A stretch of 64,000 nucleotides of DNA, from contig NC_068983.1 in the NCBI RefSeq assembly GCF_001194135.2, positions 81,298,132 to 81,362,131 on the forward strand. The letters are read 5' to 3'. Shown here one piece after another: positions 26,942 to 40,008 of the stretch (the stretch's first letter is position 1; each line of letters begins with the position of its first letter). The translations under genes and the position numbers were made by a program. This DNA comes from Octopus bimaculoides (Eukaryota). The notes beneath the pieces are model-generated. The model was not told where the DNA came from. It saw only the letters and a list, made by a program, of their open reading frames with translations, and ran no database searches.

Positions 26942-27235
26942 CTCATTATATTTCATTTTCATTTTTCCTAATATATATTAAGACGTTCAAGAAAATTCTC
27001 AAACAAATGTTATATCAATTAGTAGTGTTTATTAATAATTTTGCAGTTGACAAAAATGAAGAAAAGAAAAAGAGAATAAATAATAAGGAATAAGAAAAGA
27101 AAAAAATATTTAAAAATTATCTAAATAAAAAATTACATTGTAGACTTTTAATTTGTTCTTTTTATTAATTAGTAAGAGTTTCCATCAAATATAAAGGTGA
27201 TGTAAATATGAGAAAGAGTGGTAGTGGCAACATAC

Positions 27236-27311
27236 CTGCACTCCTGGCCACAGACTAAAATCATCACGTTGGTGACGTTCCGTCATATTTAGACTGGGGT
27301 AGCAGTCAGGA
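27236..27311 (-). CDS. Probable isolated exon (76 nt) of an unidentified minus-strand gene; single open frame PDCYPSLNMTERHQRDDFSLWPGVQ
   Basis: Acceptor cttatttatttgtattttccAG, donor CAG|GTATGT; 50% GC (38/76) with 3 CpG in AT-rich surroundings; other two frames contain stops; no repeat similarity within the window. It could also be a UTR/start exon. Protein not recognised. Confidence 0.55.
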
Positions 27312-27603
27312 CTGGAAAATACAAATAAATAAGCATATAAGTAAAAAAAATAATAAATAAAATGATTTTCGAAAGCATTGGAAGATAATGGCAAAGAAAA
27401 TATTATTTACATCATTCTTGTTTTAAAATAGTAACAAATATAATTTTGACAAACAAAATTAATACAAAAGTTATTCTGTATATGATATAACAATGCTATG
27501 GCAACTACTTCACTGTTTTTGTCATCATGCAAAAAGATAAATTGAATTTCAAATTAACCATGCACAATAGTAGATGCTGATCACCACCTCAGTAGAAAAA
27601 GAC

Positions 27604-28006
27604 CAGTGGTTCTCAATTAGGGTTCCATACGAACCCTAAGGGTCTATATAAGATCTTGTGGGGGTGGGGGGTCCATGCAAGAAAAATAGTAAATTGGGAA
27701 GTCACAGTGCTATTTTAAATGTCCATGGAAAACAAAAACAAAATTGCTTTAGATGTATTGATTGCAAGAAACAGACAGGTTTTTTTCACTAATGTTTTAC
27801 ATAGTTCAACATGTTTCTGGCAAACATGTTTTCTCAGAAAGTTCTATTGCAAACCTATACAAGTGAATGGATGAAAAACAGTATTGGAATTTTAAAAGAA
27901 GAATCTATAAAACTAGCTTTTAGACATTGAATGGCTATAGGAGTCCACCAGTATAAAATAGTGATCAAGGGAGATCATGGGTAAAAAAAATGGTTGAAAA
28001 CTCCTA
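27604..28006 (+). mobile_element. hAT-like MITE (CAGTGGTTCTCAA-type ends), decayed
   Basis: Left CAGTGGTTCTCAA, right TTGAAAACTCCTA (imperfect inverted match); no clear 8-bp TSD. Confidence 0.5.
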
Positions 28007-28789
28007 GACTGCCTATATTTCACAAATGCTAGATATGTTAACACACATATGAGAACATACACACAACACACTACCACAAAATAAAGGATATATTGAATAA
28101 TACAGGCTTAGATACCCTTGGATTAAGAACAAAGATAGGAAGGCCTTTGATTACAAGCCTGCTTGATCGAGTCTGACCCGATGTGAAAAAATAAAAAAAT
28201 AAATGATATACATAGATTTTAAGTAAAGAACAAGCAAATTCAGACACAAGCACTCAGTGAGTACAAATATGCCAATGCATAAATATTTTTTATTCACTTC
28301 AAATACAGTAGTAAAAAAATATAATGTCATCAGTCAGTCTTGTCAAGTTTGGTTGCCTATTTGGCTCAGCATCTTTTAACTCCTTAGCAAAGCAGTTCTT
28401 TTAAGTATTAACACCAATATTTTATAATTAAAAAATTCTAATTTTTCTCTTTAATCTAACTAAATGCCCCAGCATGGTTGAATTCTAAGTAAAAGATAAA
28501 AGATGAACCTGAACAAGAGAGGTTTATAACATACAATTTTACAACAAAAAAAAAAAAATAAAATAAGTAATGGTAAAAACAAATATTCTAAAGCAGTTAT
28601 CATTAAGGACAAAAGCCTAGCAAACTAAGCTTTTTTAATCAGTAAAACTATTCATAAATTGTAATCAATGATTTAGTAATCCTTATTGTTTCTGAGAACT
28701 GAAAAATGAAGTAACCAACAATGTAATTTGAACTCATAAGCAAGAAGTAAGCTAGATTCTGTAAAGCTGTAAAGTTCTGTGTAGATTTT

Positions 28790-29085
28790 ATCAATACTAA
28801 TGGCAGCAGGCAAGCAAGGTTTGACCCCATTTAGGTGGAATGTAGAGAGTTTGTTGACCAGTCCCTTTACAGTGTTTACAGCATGCTTCATACCACAGTG
28901 GCCAGTAGGCAGAAGGCCATAAAGTTGGCTGTGGAAGCAGTAGAAATTATTTAGATCAGAAAGTACAAAAGCTGGAAGGGGCAGTGCTAACCAGAAACAA
29001 GCCTGAGCTTGATCAACCATGGGTATGTCACCTGGATGAGAATGTCTGATGTTGAAAAACTTGAAACACCTAATGACTCCAGGTG
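28790..29085 (+). mobile_element. 3' fragment of a HERO-like non-LTR retrotransposon (restriction-like-endonuclease group), pseudogenised
   Basis: Frame from 28823: DPI*VECREFVDQSLYSVYSMLHTTVASRQKAIKLAVEAVE resembles the RLE C-terminal motif PIEVGCRGFVGQSL...ML...GA...AIK...EAAE. The following sequence (TGATCAACC...CACCTGG...TCTGATGTTGAAAAACTTGAAACACCTAATGACTCCAGG) resembles the HERO 3' UTR as I recall it. Confidence 0.75.
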
Positions 29086-32000
29086 GATGATGTATGGGGA
29101 GAAAAAAATAATACTTTCAACCACACAGACATGTCTGTATTTATCATATATATATATCATCATCATCATCATCATCGTTTAGCATCCACTTTCCATGCTG
29201 GCATAGGTTGGACAGTTCGACTGAGGACTGGCAAGCCTCATATATATAGTAAATACAAACGATAGAATGAAGATGGCAATTTTTAATCAGTGATAACCCT
29301 TTCAATAATCAGAAGAATTTTTTACATTAATCACCATGATGCACATTGTGTAAATACAGAGGCTATGAAATAAGTTTTACTAATCATTTCTTCAAACTCA
29401 GTTATACCTGGTTTTCATAGCAGAAATTAGTCTATTAAATATAATAAAGAGGGAATGGTATAGGAAAAAAAAAAAAAAATTATAAACAGCAGTTTGTCAC
29501 ACTTTCAGAAATTCACTCAAGTAGGGAGACTATAGAGACAGATTGTCTTATTAGTTTCCCAATGTTAAATCTACTGTAAACAGCCAGGGCCGCAAATGAT
29601 GACTGGCTAGGAATGATCTAATTTATTGTATGAACACTAAAGAGGCAGAGGTAAGAGCAAAGAACTCAAATAAATACATACACACATTCATGTACATGCT
29701 GACAAGTTTACATATGTATGCACTTGTATGCACACACATGCATACATACAAACATACATACATATATCCATGCATGCAGTATCTATGTCTATATGTAATG
29801 AATGAGTATCTGCAGCTCCAAATTAAGGTCTTTTATGGCGGTGTTTATAAAATACTATTAAAGTAGACAAATATAATCCCAAACTAATTTCATGTTTTTT
29901 TTGGGGGTCCTCTATTCAATTTATTTATTCAGTATGTCATGTTGCTTTAATAGCACCTTTACTTATTCCCTGCCCATTTCTTTCACTTTCTTGTTCTCTA
30001 TGATGCCCTGTTTATTTGGATACTACAGCCTCGTTTTCACCATTTTAGTAAGCAGAAAGTACTGCTGAAGTACCTTATGTATCACAAGCAATATCATTTA
30101 TCTATCAATAAAATCTCACTTAAATGAGAATATCATCTTGCAAGATATCAGTAAAAGATGTTTTTAAGTTTATAAATGATGAGAAAAGGGAAAGGAACCA
30201 AAATATACAAGCTAAACCCTTCTGAAAGACTAACCATGCCATGTCATCAAACATCCCTTTTGATGACCAAACATATTCTGGTCTTTCTACATATGCACTA
30301 GGGTGGATCAATCATTACAATTATTAAAAATTTGAATCGATTCGTATGAATAAAAAAAGATCCATTAGATTTTTAAATGCTTCAAAATGGCCAGTTGATT
30401 CCTATAATCATTCTTCTTTTACCATAATATTTCTTCAGTCCCAGAAGATACAGAGTTATCAATAAAGTCATCAAGTTTCAGAAATATTATGGATATATCT
30501 AAACTGGGTAACTGTCTAACACATGTTACACTGGAATACAAGATAATTTATTAATGAAATCTACAAAACATGAGCTTTGTTCTTAGAATTTCTATTTTAA
30601 TAAGTTTTCTCTTTCTTTCTTTTTTTTTTAAAATTAGATATATGGATTCTTATCATTATTATTGAGAGGAGACAAATGATTAACTAAATCCAATATATTA
30701 TTGGTATTAACTAATTTTATCTATTTTAGAGTGGAAGGCACCGAAAGCTTATTTTGAAATTGGCTTTTTATATTTAATATGTATACAGATAATTCCTGCC
30801 AAATTTCAAAGAATATTTTAAAGAATGATTATAGGAATGTAAATCACAAATTTTTAAACAGATTTTCATCCAGATATCTAATGAGATTTAGAATAGCTGT
30901 TTGATATGTAAGAAAGTGCAATGAAATTTCCTTCAATTACAATATTGTAAAGATATTCACCTTGCAACCACTTGGTTGTTTACACTGTGCTACACTTTAG
31001 ATATGTGTCTTTTACTACAGTTTTGGCTTGACCAATACTTTGGTTGGGTATATCACATATGCATTGAAACACATTAGTAATATCAGTGAGAAAACAGACA
31101 AACTGATACTTTTGAATGCAGTGCCAAATAGTTTGTTTTCTGCCTGAGTTATACAGACACCCCTTTTCACTCTTGCCATAGTAAATAAAGTGAACCAGTT
31201 ATTGGAAACATGTAACCAACAATGCAGATCATCATAAAATGTGATTTTATAAATCAATAACAAAAATAACCACTTGTTACTATCTTAAAAGGACCTTGGC
31301 ACAATGCACAATGTAGCCCTGGATATACAAAATAAAAGATGAGATTGTTATGGCTAAAACACCTTTGATTACAGATCTGCTTGATGAGGACAATAACAAA
31401 CAATAACAACATAGTAGTTTTGATACATCTGTTAATTTTTTTCTTTATAGTTCTGTGTTAAAGTTGGCATTACAAATTGGGTGTGTTCTCCAAGATCAGA
31501 AGGGTAAGAGCAGAGAAGGTATGAATGTTATTATCGTAGTAAGAAAGTTTGGAAAGTTGAGAATTTCAGTAGTGTAGAAATACATGAGCCCTCAGAAGAA
31601 GAGTTACAGAATGACTTTACATAACTCTTAATTAAAACTAAGGTTTACAGAATCCATGGAAAACTTAGAAAATAAAGCTTTCAATGTTCTTGAAATTTAT
31701 GTTTCTTGGCCGATAAATAATTGGAAAACATTTAATATTCTAAAATCAAAGTCTCAGTTTTTTTGTATTTTGAATAACAAATATTCAGCTTTAAAAAAAA
31801 ATTTGAGTCACAAAAATTAAAAGAAAAATAATAAAAAATTATTTTAAATAAATAGGTTGGTTTAGAAATGAACTGAAATATTAAGCAGGGAATTCTTGAT
31901 AAATTATGAATAACATTTTCTATCAATGCTGTAGTGACAATGTTGAGTTGAGATTATTTTCGCAGGCATCAAACAATGCCTTCAGCTAAAATGTTGCTAA

Positions 32001-33091
32001 AACAACTGTGAAAGATTTCAAATATTCTTTGGAATAATTTTGAGACACAAGAAGTTGATATTTAACTTGCATCATTAAATACACCATGGCATACAGAATT
32101 ATATATACCATAAAAAAGAAAAAAAATTCATGACACATTTATCATTGCTTGTACAGATATTAGATTTACTTATCAACTGATTGAAACGCTTAAGGAGAGA
32201 GATAGAGAGAGAGGAAAGAAGGGAGGGAAAGAGACAGAATTAAAGGTGGAAGGTGGAGGAAGGGGAAACAAATATATTAATGGAATTACTAATTGAGAAA
32301 GAACTTATTTTAATTATTCAGTTATTTAATTTCTTTATATTTTTCCTTTCTCAGTTATAAAAAATTAAATAATAATAAATAAAAATAAATAAAGATGTTA
32401 AGCTCCAATAGCAACTGGGAACCAGAGTCAATTTGTTTTCCTTGAAGACAGCAAACAAGTTTACTCAAAGCAAGATCCCTAATGAATAGGTTTCCAGTGA
32501 CAGGAAATAACTAATGATTAATTTTGCTATGTCACGACAAACTTCAGTGACTGTGCCTATTGCTCAGAAGGTGAAGAGCATTCATTGTTATAGGAAAGCA
32601 CTCACTCGAACTAATAACTACTGACAGGGAGACATTTGTTGTCATACAGGGGTTCACTGATTAACTATCTCTATAAATGAATTCCAATTGAAAATGAACA
32701 GACAAATGTTCAGAAACTTGGTCAATCATCTAGGATGTAATGATACTGAAAATTATTCTCGTTTCTTTTAGAATATTGTTGAAGAAAAGGGAGGATATAT
32801 AGAATACAATGCCATTTTCAAAGACTGCCATAGTAGTTTATTGTAGAATAAGTCTTAAAAGATTCAGGAAACCAACTGATTTAGAAGAGTTACCCTTCCA
32901 AAACAGATCAAGACTAAAAGTAACTATTTTGTGCAAAACTAAATAAGGCTTAAATTAGAATTTTAATTAAATAAAATATATAAAAAAGCTGATTTGATTG
33001 TTAAAATAAATCTTCTATTTTCCTAAATTGTGTTTACAAAATACTCAACTTTTCTAAAAGTAAATTAGATTAGTGATAATAATAATAATAA

Positions 33092-33270
33092 ATTCTTTCT
33101 ACTATAGGCACAAGGCCTGAAATTTAGGGGGAGGGGGCATGTCAGTTACATTGCCTTCAGTACGTGACTGGTACTTGTTTCATCAACCCTGAAAGGATGA
33201 AGAGCAAAGTCAACCTCAGTGGAATCTCGACTCAGTCTGGTGTTCTAACTATTCTGCCAGATTACCTTTT

Positions 33271-33272
<2 letters not shown>
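33092..33272 (-). mobile_element. SINE F2 flanked by (AAT)n on both sides
   Basis: CTATAGGCACAAGGCCTGAAATTT...CCTGAAAGGATGAAGAGCAAAGTCAACCTC. Confidence 0.8.
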
Positions 33273-33321
<49 letters not shown>

Positions 33322-33524
33322 TCAAATTACGATAAACGTAAACAAAGAAACAAAGTTTGCTTTTAGAAGCGTTGAGATGTCCTAGAAAGTTAAAGAGCTG
33401 GCTGCCAACACTTTTTTCTGCAAAATAGGGGTAGCTTATCCTGTTCAGGCTATATTATTAGCATTATCCTGCATTTGAGAATGTAAAAATTACTTCTTTA
33501 ACTTAATAATAATAATAATAATAA

Positions 33525-34081
33525 ATGTCCTGATGTAAAACCAGGCAGTGGCTCTCATGGCTTTTGATCTTAACTGATTGGAAGTGTTACCACGTACATT
33601 TTTTTGTCTTGGTATAAAAGATGTGCTACAGCAAATATTCTGCTTAATACCACAGATTTGCTCATCAGTTGTTTGACCTTAACCATTTGAGCATGTCCCT
33701 TAGTAGCTGACGATATGTGCATCTCTGATCATGAGCAGAAGTAGTGGTGGAAGCATCATAGCCATGTGTTGAGAGGAATTCTTTGGGGTTTGGATAATTC
33801 ACCTTTGGAAACATGGGCGTTTCATTCAACATCCTTAAGCAACCCTTATTCAGGGACCTTTTGAGTGGGATGGGCTACTCAACCTGAAGAAAATTCTAAC
33901 TGAGCCCCACCTGCAAGGTCATGCGCTGTTAATCTTGATATGAGGTCACCATGTTGTGCACATATAGTTGTGATGCATGTGCCTGGTGTACTCTTATCAG
34001 ACAGGTAGTTAAGATGGGCATACTGGGCTTTGTATATTTTACCCCAGTGTCACTTTGATGGCATGCACTGCCCTCTCACTC
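33525..34081 (+). mobile_element. About 557-bp non-coding element embedded in a (TAA)n microsatellite
   Basis: GC-richer block with sharp edges; (TAA)n at 33504-33524 and (AAT)n at 34082-34130; no ORF, tRNA head or TIR. I recall it as a recurrent octopus repeat, but it is single-copy here. Strand inferred from the longer AAT tail. Confidence 0.65.
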
Positions 34082-34130
<49 letters not shown>

Positions 34131-34360
34131 TTGGTTTCAAACTTTGGCACAAGACCAAAATAATAGTAATAATATTAATAATGGTTTCTAATTTGGACAC
34201 GAAATTAGCATTTTTGTGAAGAGGGAGGGAGTTTGTCAACACCATCAACCCTAGCAATTAAATGGTACTTTAATGTATCATCTCTGGAGGGATGAAAACC
34301 CAAACTGACCTCAGCAGGATTTAAACCATCCTACTAATGATTCTGACAATCCATGACCCT
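34131..34360 (-). mobile_element. SINE F2 (diverged), abutting the previous element's AAT tail
   Basis: TTGGTTTCAAACTTTGGCACAAGACC...GGAGGGATGAAAACCCAAACTGACCTCAGCAGGATTTAAA. Confidence 0.65.
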
Positions 34361-34937
34361 TAAAATAATGATGATTATAACAATGGCAACAGTAATAATA
34401 TTGAATAAGTACAAAATCTAGGATTTTTAGAGAAAAGGCAACGAGAGGTTGTGACATACATTTTGTCTTCTTTTGTGTGCCTTTTCTAAAGATATTAACT
34501 GAAATAGAATTGAAACTGATTCATGGACTTGATTTGACAGTTTGTTACTACCCAATTGATTTGCCACTTACAATAGCCATGATGTATATTTTTACCCCAA
34601 TAATAGTACACATAGCTTAGCAAAAGTTAAATATGCCTAAAACACTGAACATCTTTTATCATTGTTTGTATTTTTCCCAAAGACATGAAAATCTAAATCT
34701 ATTTTCTCTTTCAATTCCTAACAACTTACAAAATATAAATAATTCTGACATTATTCTCCAAGAAAAACTAAATAGTCTTTGCAATTTCTTCTCGATATTT
34801 CATCTATTTCCAATTTCTTTTAATTATAAAATATAGCAAACACAACTGAAAGGGAATAATGGAGAGAGTTCTAATTAATATTTCATGAACTATGATAAGT
34901 CACAAAAACACAGAAACCTATATATATATATATATAT

Positions 34938-35042
34938 NNNNNNNNNNNNNNNNNNNNNNNNNNNNNNNNNNNNNNNNNNNNNNNNNNNNNNNNNNNNNNN
35001 NNNNNNNNNNNNNNNNNNNNNNNNNNNNNNNNNNNNNNNNNN
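34938..35042. other. Assembly gap (105 N) in (TA)n
   Basis: Directly visible. Confidence 1.
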
Positions 35043-35092
35043 TATATATAATATATATACACATACATACATACATATATATGTATACGCTA

Positions 35093-35125
<33 letters not shown>

Positions 35126-36225
35126 GTGTGTGTGTACTTTTAGAATTAATCTTTCCTTGTGCTATATCCTTTTCTTACCTTTATTTTTTAAAAACTTTTT
35201 GGCTGTATCTACAGATTTTATTAATGAAAACTATGATTCCATTTGCTTAATCTCAATATATTAATATAAAAAATAATGTTCTACTGATTTCAGATGGTAA
35301 TCCATTATTTAAGAAACTGAAGAATTCAACAGAAAATGTTCCAACACAACCAGTATGTGTTCTCAATCGATTTAGAAAGAAACATACTCCATGAAAACAT
35401 GACTTTAGCAAATATACTATGACAAATGTGTGGGACAGATCATATGAAAGAGGTGAGTAAATAAATCATTAGTAGATGAAAATTCTGCCCAGGATAATAA
35501 AATCTGATGACAAAGTAAGATATTTGATAAACTAAACTGAAATAGATATTTTTTAAATGTCATGTTCACAGTAGGGTGTGTACAAAATAAATTTTGACAT
35601 GTTGACATGTCAAAGTTTAATTCCTGTGTAGATAATATCTAAAATTGTATTAAAGAAATTCAAATTCTGTATTTTATATCATTGATTTATTCATAGATAC
35701 ACAAACATGTATGTGCAAAAATTACAGAAAATTCCTAACGATTAATTTAGAATATTAATTCAAAGCTTATTATTACTAACCTCAGAATAAATACAAGTCA
35801 ACTTACCAAATAGTTACTTGTACATGTTATGATCATAGCTAGGGTAACAACAAATGCTACTAAATCTTAACCTGGATAAAGAAACTTAATTCTGATTTTG
35901 TAAATGATTTTACAGCACATAGAGAGACACACACATACTCTCTCCGTTTATTTACCTTGCCATATCTTAGAAAATTTTTCATGGAAAGATGAGAAATTTT
36001 CATTAAAAATGTTATAGAATTTTTCAAAATTTCAAAGGGAATCATCATATTTTATAAGACACAAAATTGCAGAAGCAAATAAAAACAATTACACCAGATA
36101 GAATTTTAAAATGGATACAGTATCTCCTAATTGCTAAGTAATTAAAGAGAAATAATACCTTAACTGAGAATAAGAGTTGGTTAAAATGTATGAAGGCAAT
36201 GTTTATGTGCTTATCTCTATTTTCT

Positions 36226-36620
36226 GTCTTTTACTTGCTTCAGTCATTAGACTGCAGCAATACCAGGGCACCACCTTAAAGAATTTTAGTCAAATGAGTT
36301 GATCCCAATACTTATTGTATTTTAAAGCCTAGTTACTTATTCTATCAGTCTCTTTTGTTGAATCACTAAGTTACATGGACATAAACACACCAACACTGGT
36401 TGTCAAATAGTGGTGGTGGTAGTGGAGTAGGGTCAAACACAGACACAAAGCACACACACACATATGACAAACTTCTTTCAGTTTCCATCAACCAAATCCA
36501 CTCACAAGGCTTTGGTCAGTTTGGGGATATCGTAGAGGGTGCTTCTCCAAAGTGCCATGCAATGGGACTGAACCCAGAACCATATGGTTGGGAGGCAAAC
36601 TTCTTACCACATTGCCACAT
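36226..36620 (-). mobile_element. SINE F1 (diverged)
   Basis: Tail and head modules in reverse orientation. Confidence 0.8.
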
Positions 36621-36879
36621 CTTCACATCTCTACATAATTCCAATGCATTGAACTACTTTAATGGAGTAAGATGTCACAGAGCATGATACGAAAAGATTA
36701 TGAAGTAGATTCTTGAAGAAAAGTTGATGAATTTATAGAAGTAAATAACAAGGATTTGAAATGGCAACTTTCTGGTTTGCTATTAGTTGTGAGTCAATTA
36801 GTTGAACCCATTTAAGTTTCTGCAGGCTATTGATATTATCTTGGATTCAAGAACAAACAAAGGTTACTCAGTTTGATTT

Positions 36880-37045
36880 CTCATTGGACAATTTAGTTAA
36901 CAGAATAAATTCACTCCAACAACTCATGTCATGTAATATCACTGATGAATGAATGATTCGATACAAATATAGAGAGGGAAAATGAGACATTCAGATAACA
37001 CTCACTTAAGAAGTTATACCACAAAACCCTCAAAGTATGTATTGA
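36880..37045 (+). pseudogene. Possible decayed piggyBac transposase fragment
   Basis: NITDE*MIRYK then, frameshifted, HLRSYTTKPSKY; resembles the first catalytic-D region SIDE.MI..KG...RQY.P.KP.KY; short and degenerate. Confidence 0.3.
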
Positions 37046-37304
37046 GCACAGATTTAAAATCTACATGGAAATGGGAATATATAACTAGACTGTGTTTTTA
37101 GAGACTGCCTAAAGACCAAAGAAATGATGCTGAACTTCATTACTATCTTCTAAATTTTTGGTTCTACTTCATAAGAAAGAATAATGCATTTGAAAGATAT
37201 GTAGTTAAATTAAGTAGAAAGTCGGAATATATCTTGACTCCTCCAAGTATAGCTTAATTGCAGGCTGATACTTGATTCAGCCAAACATATATAATAATCT
37301 TTTC

Positions 37305-37496
37305 CACTTTAGGCACAAGGCCTAAAATTTTTGGGAAGGGGGCCAGTCGATTAGATCGACCCCAATATACAACTGATACACTTAATTTATTGACCCTGAA
37401 AGGATGAAAGGCAAAGTCGATCTCGGCAGAATTTGAACTCGGAACATAAAGACAGACAAAATACCGCTAAGCATTTCTGCCAGCTCACCGCCTTAA
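37305..37496 (-). mobile_element. SINE F2
   Basis: GGCACAAGGCCTAAAATTTTTGGG...CCCTGAAAGGATGAAAGGCAAAGTCGATCTCGGCAGAATTTGAACTC. Confidence 0.85.
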
Positions 37497-37574
37497 ACAT
37501 ATATAATATCATGACAGTATGTAAGAAATGAATATGTTTAAAAGAATTCTGTCCATCATCAAAAATTACAGGGG

Positions 37575-37646
37575 ATGCTAACACACTGACACCAATTGTC
37601 AAGCAACAGGTGGGGGACAAACACATGCGGATGGATACACATGCTT

Positions 37647-37693
<47 letters not shown>

Positions 37694-37820
37694 GGGCTTC
37701 TTCCAGTTTCTGTCTACTAAATCCACTCCTGAGGCTTTGGTTAACCTGAAGCTATAATAGAAGATATTTTCCCAAGGTGCCACACAAGTGCTTCTTACCA
37801 TACAACCATGCCTGTGCCTA
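37575..37820 (-). mobile_element. SINE F1 partial with (TA)n
   Basis: Partial tail, (TA)n, head with internal deletion. Confidence 0.7.
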
Positions 37821-38630
37821 TTCAAGAATTTAACAGTTATGTATTTAGTTACAAAATAAACAAATTGTTTTGTCTCAGGTTAATCCCGATTAAGAAGAAT
37901 GTGATTAAAGGCATTTCAGCTAAGACCATCTTGCTTTTTGTAGACTGAGAAAAACATTGCCAGTACCTCATTCCTATTTCAAAATGGTAGGATGTAATTT
38001 GCAGAAATTTGGTAAATGTTTCTAGCAAGCCAAACAATTGTATAGAAGTTCCCTGATTAGTTCTTCAGTTAGGTAGGGCTGATTTTATAGTTCCAACTGA
38101 ATGGGGCATAGCTCTGCATGATGTTTTTCTTAACAACGTCAATACTTGTCTATAAAAAATACATGCAGACTGATACAAATTAATACAAGACGGAAAACAG
38201 TTTGTAAAAACATGTTTAAATTATGAGAGAAATGGCTTTTTTTTTATGAGTAGCTTTTAGTTAGGTCATAGCTGTGAGGTTTAGTGATAACATTTAGAAC
38301 ATATTAAAAAAGACCTTTTACAGACAAAAACAGTTTTTTTTTCTATTTTTGATGGGTAAGAGTGGGTAAAATATAGCTTTATAATCATTTGCAAACATGA
38401 AAATATAAATATTTATAAACTGAGTTAAACACTTAATTTTCAACATCAATAGAATAAGAATTTTCTTCTCTTTACAAGGTCAAGTTTTGTACAAAGACCA
38501 TATGATAAGCTGAATTACTACAACTATTTGTAATACACCAGAAGAATAAAAGACATGATTGACCTTGGGAAAATTTAAACTTAAGATTTACAATGCATTT
38601 CTGTCAACAAAATACTCAAATGATATATTA

Positions 38631-38631
<1 letters not shown>

Positions 38632-38678
<47 letters not shown>

Positions 38679-38718
38679 GTAGTAGTAGTAGTAGTAGTAG
38701 TATTATTAGTATTATTAT
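38632..38718. repeat. (TTA)n(TAG)n compound microsatellite
   Basis: Directly visible. Confidence 0.9.
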
Positions 38719-38723
38719 TTTTA

Positions 38724-40008
38724 TTTCGTCTATCTTTACGCTCTGAGTTCAAATGCCGCTGGGGTGGTCTTTGCCTTTCATCCTCTCCGAGTCGATTAAA
38801 TTAAGTACCAGTTACGCACTGGGGTTGATGTAATAGACTGGTCCCCTCCCCCAAAATTTCAGGCCTTGTGCCTATAGTCGAAAGGATTATTATTATTCTT
38901 CTTATTATTATCATTGTTATTATCATTATTACTATGGCAATGTGATGGCAGAATCATTAGCAAGCTGGACAACATGCTTAGCAACATTTTGTCTGTCTTT
39001 ACATCCTGAATTCAAATGCTGCTGAGATTGACTTTGCCTTTCATCCTTTCGGGGTCAACAAATTAAGTACCAGTGAAACACTGGGGTCGATGTAATCAAC
39101 TCATCCCCTTCCCCAAAATTGCTGCCCTTTGAAACCATTATTATCATTGCCAAGGTTGATTTTGCCTTTCATTCTTTCAGAGTCTATAAATTAAGTACCA
39201 GTGAAACACTGGGGTCAATGTAACTGACTTCTCCCCATTCTGCAAACTTGCTGCCTTGTGCCTTTAGTAGAAAGGATTATTATTATTACCATTATTAACA
39301 AGGTAAGCTGGCAGAATCATTAGTATGCCAGACAAGTACTTAGTGGCATTTTGCCTGTCTTTGTGCCTATAACAGAAAAGACTATTATTTTTATTATTAT
39401 TAAGGCAGAATTGTTAGCACACCATGCAAAATATTTAACAGACTTTCATCCATATTGACATTCTGAGTTCAAATTCTGCCAATGCTGATTTTGCCTTTTG
39501 ATGAAAATAAGTATCAGTCGAGCTCTGAGGTCGATGTAATTGATTTACCCCCTCCCCTAAGTTGTTGGCCTTGCACCAAAATTTGAAATCATTATTATTA
39601 TTATTATTATTTTTAATACACAGATTTGAGAAAAATTCCTAACGTTGGACTACAGTAAGTAGCCTTAGATGCCAAAAACCTTTCTAAGTATCCTAGCTGT
39701 CCCTAATAATACTGTTTTCTGGAGCTGCACTAAACCAAGTTTTATACCGATTTTCACTATTTATCAGAGATAGATATTACACTTATTATTATTTTAAGGC
39801 AGCGAGCTGGCAGATTCATTATCATGCTGGATGAAGTGCTTAGCAGTATTTCATCTGCCGCTATGTTCTGAGTTCAAATTCTGCCGAGGTCGACTTTGCC
39901 TTTCATCCTTTTGGGGTCGATAAAGTACCAGTTACACACTGGGGTCGATGTAATCGACTATCTCCCTCCCCCAAATTTCAGGCCTTGTGCCTGTAGTAGA
40001 AAGAATTA
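38724..40008 (+). mobile_element. Head-to-tail train of six F2 SINE units separated mostly by (ATT)n
   Basis: Units at about 38724-38890, 38936-39136, 39150-39280, 39298-39385, 39401-39592 and 39795-40008; most carry the TTTGCCTTTCATCCT/AAGTACCAG blocks (the 39298 unit is internally deleted). Confidence 0.85.

Noticed and set aside
28673-29020. 115-aa minus-strand ORF with superficial AP-endonuclease-like wording (VLSDLN)
   Set aside because: The opposite strand matches the HERO-like C-terminus and UTR much better; this is a shadow ORF
31015-31263. Minus ORF with NNWFT and NAYVIY, reminiscent of piggyBac motifs
   Set aside because: The motifs are far closer together than in real transposases and too short to support a call
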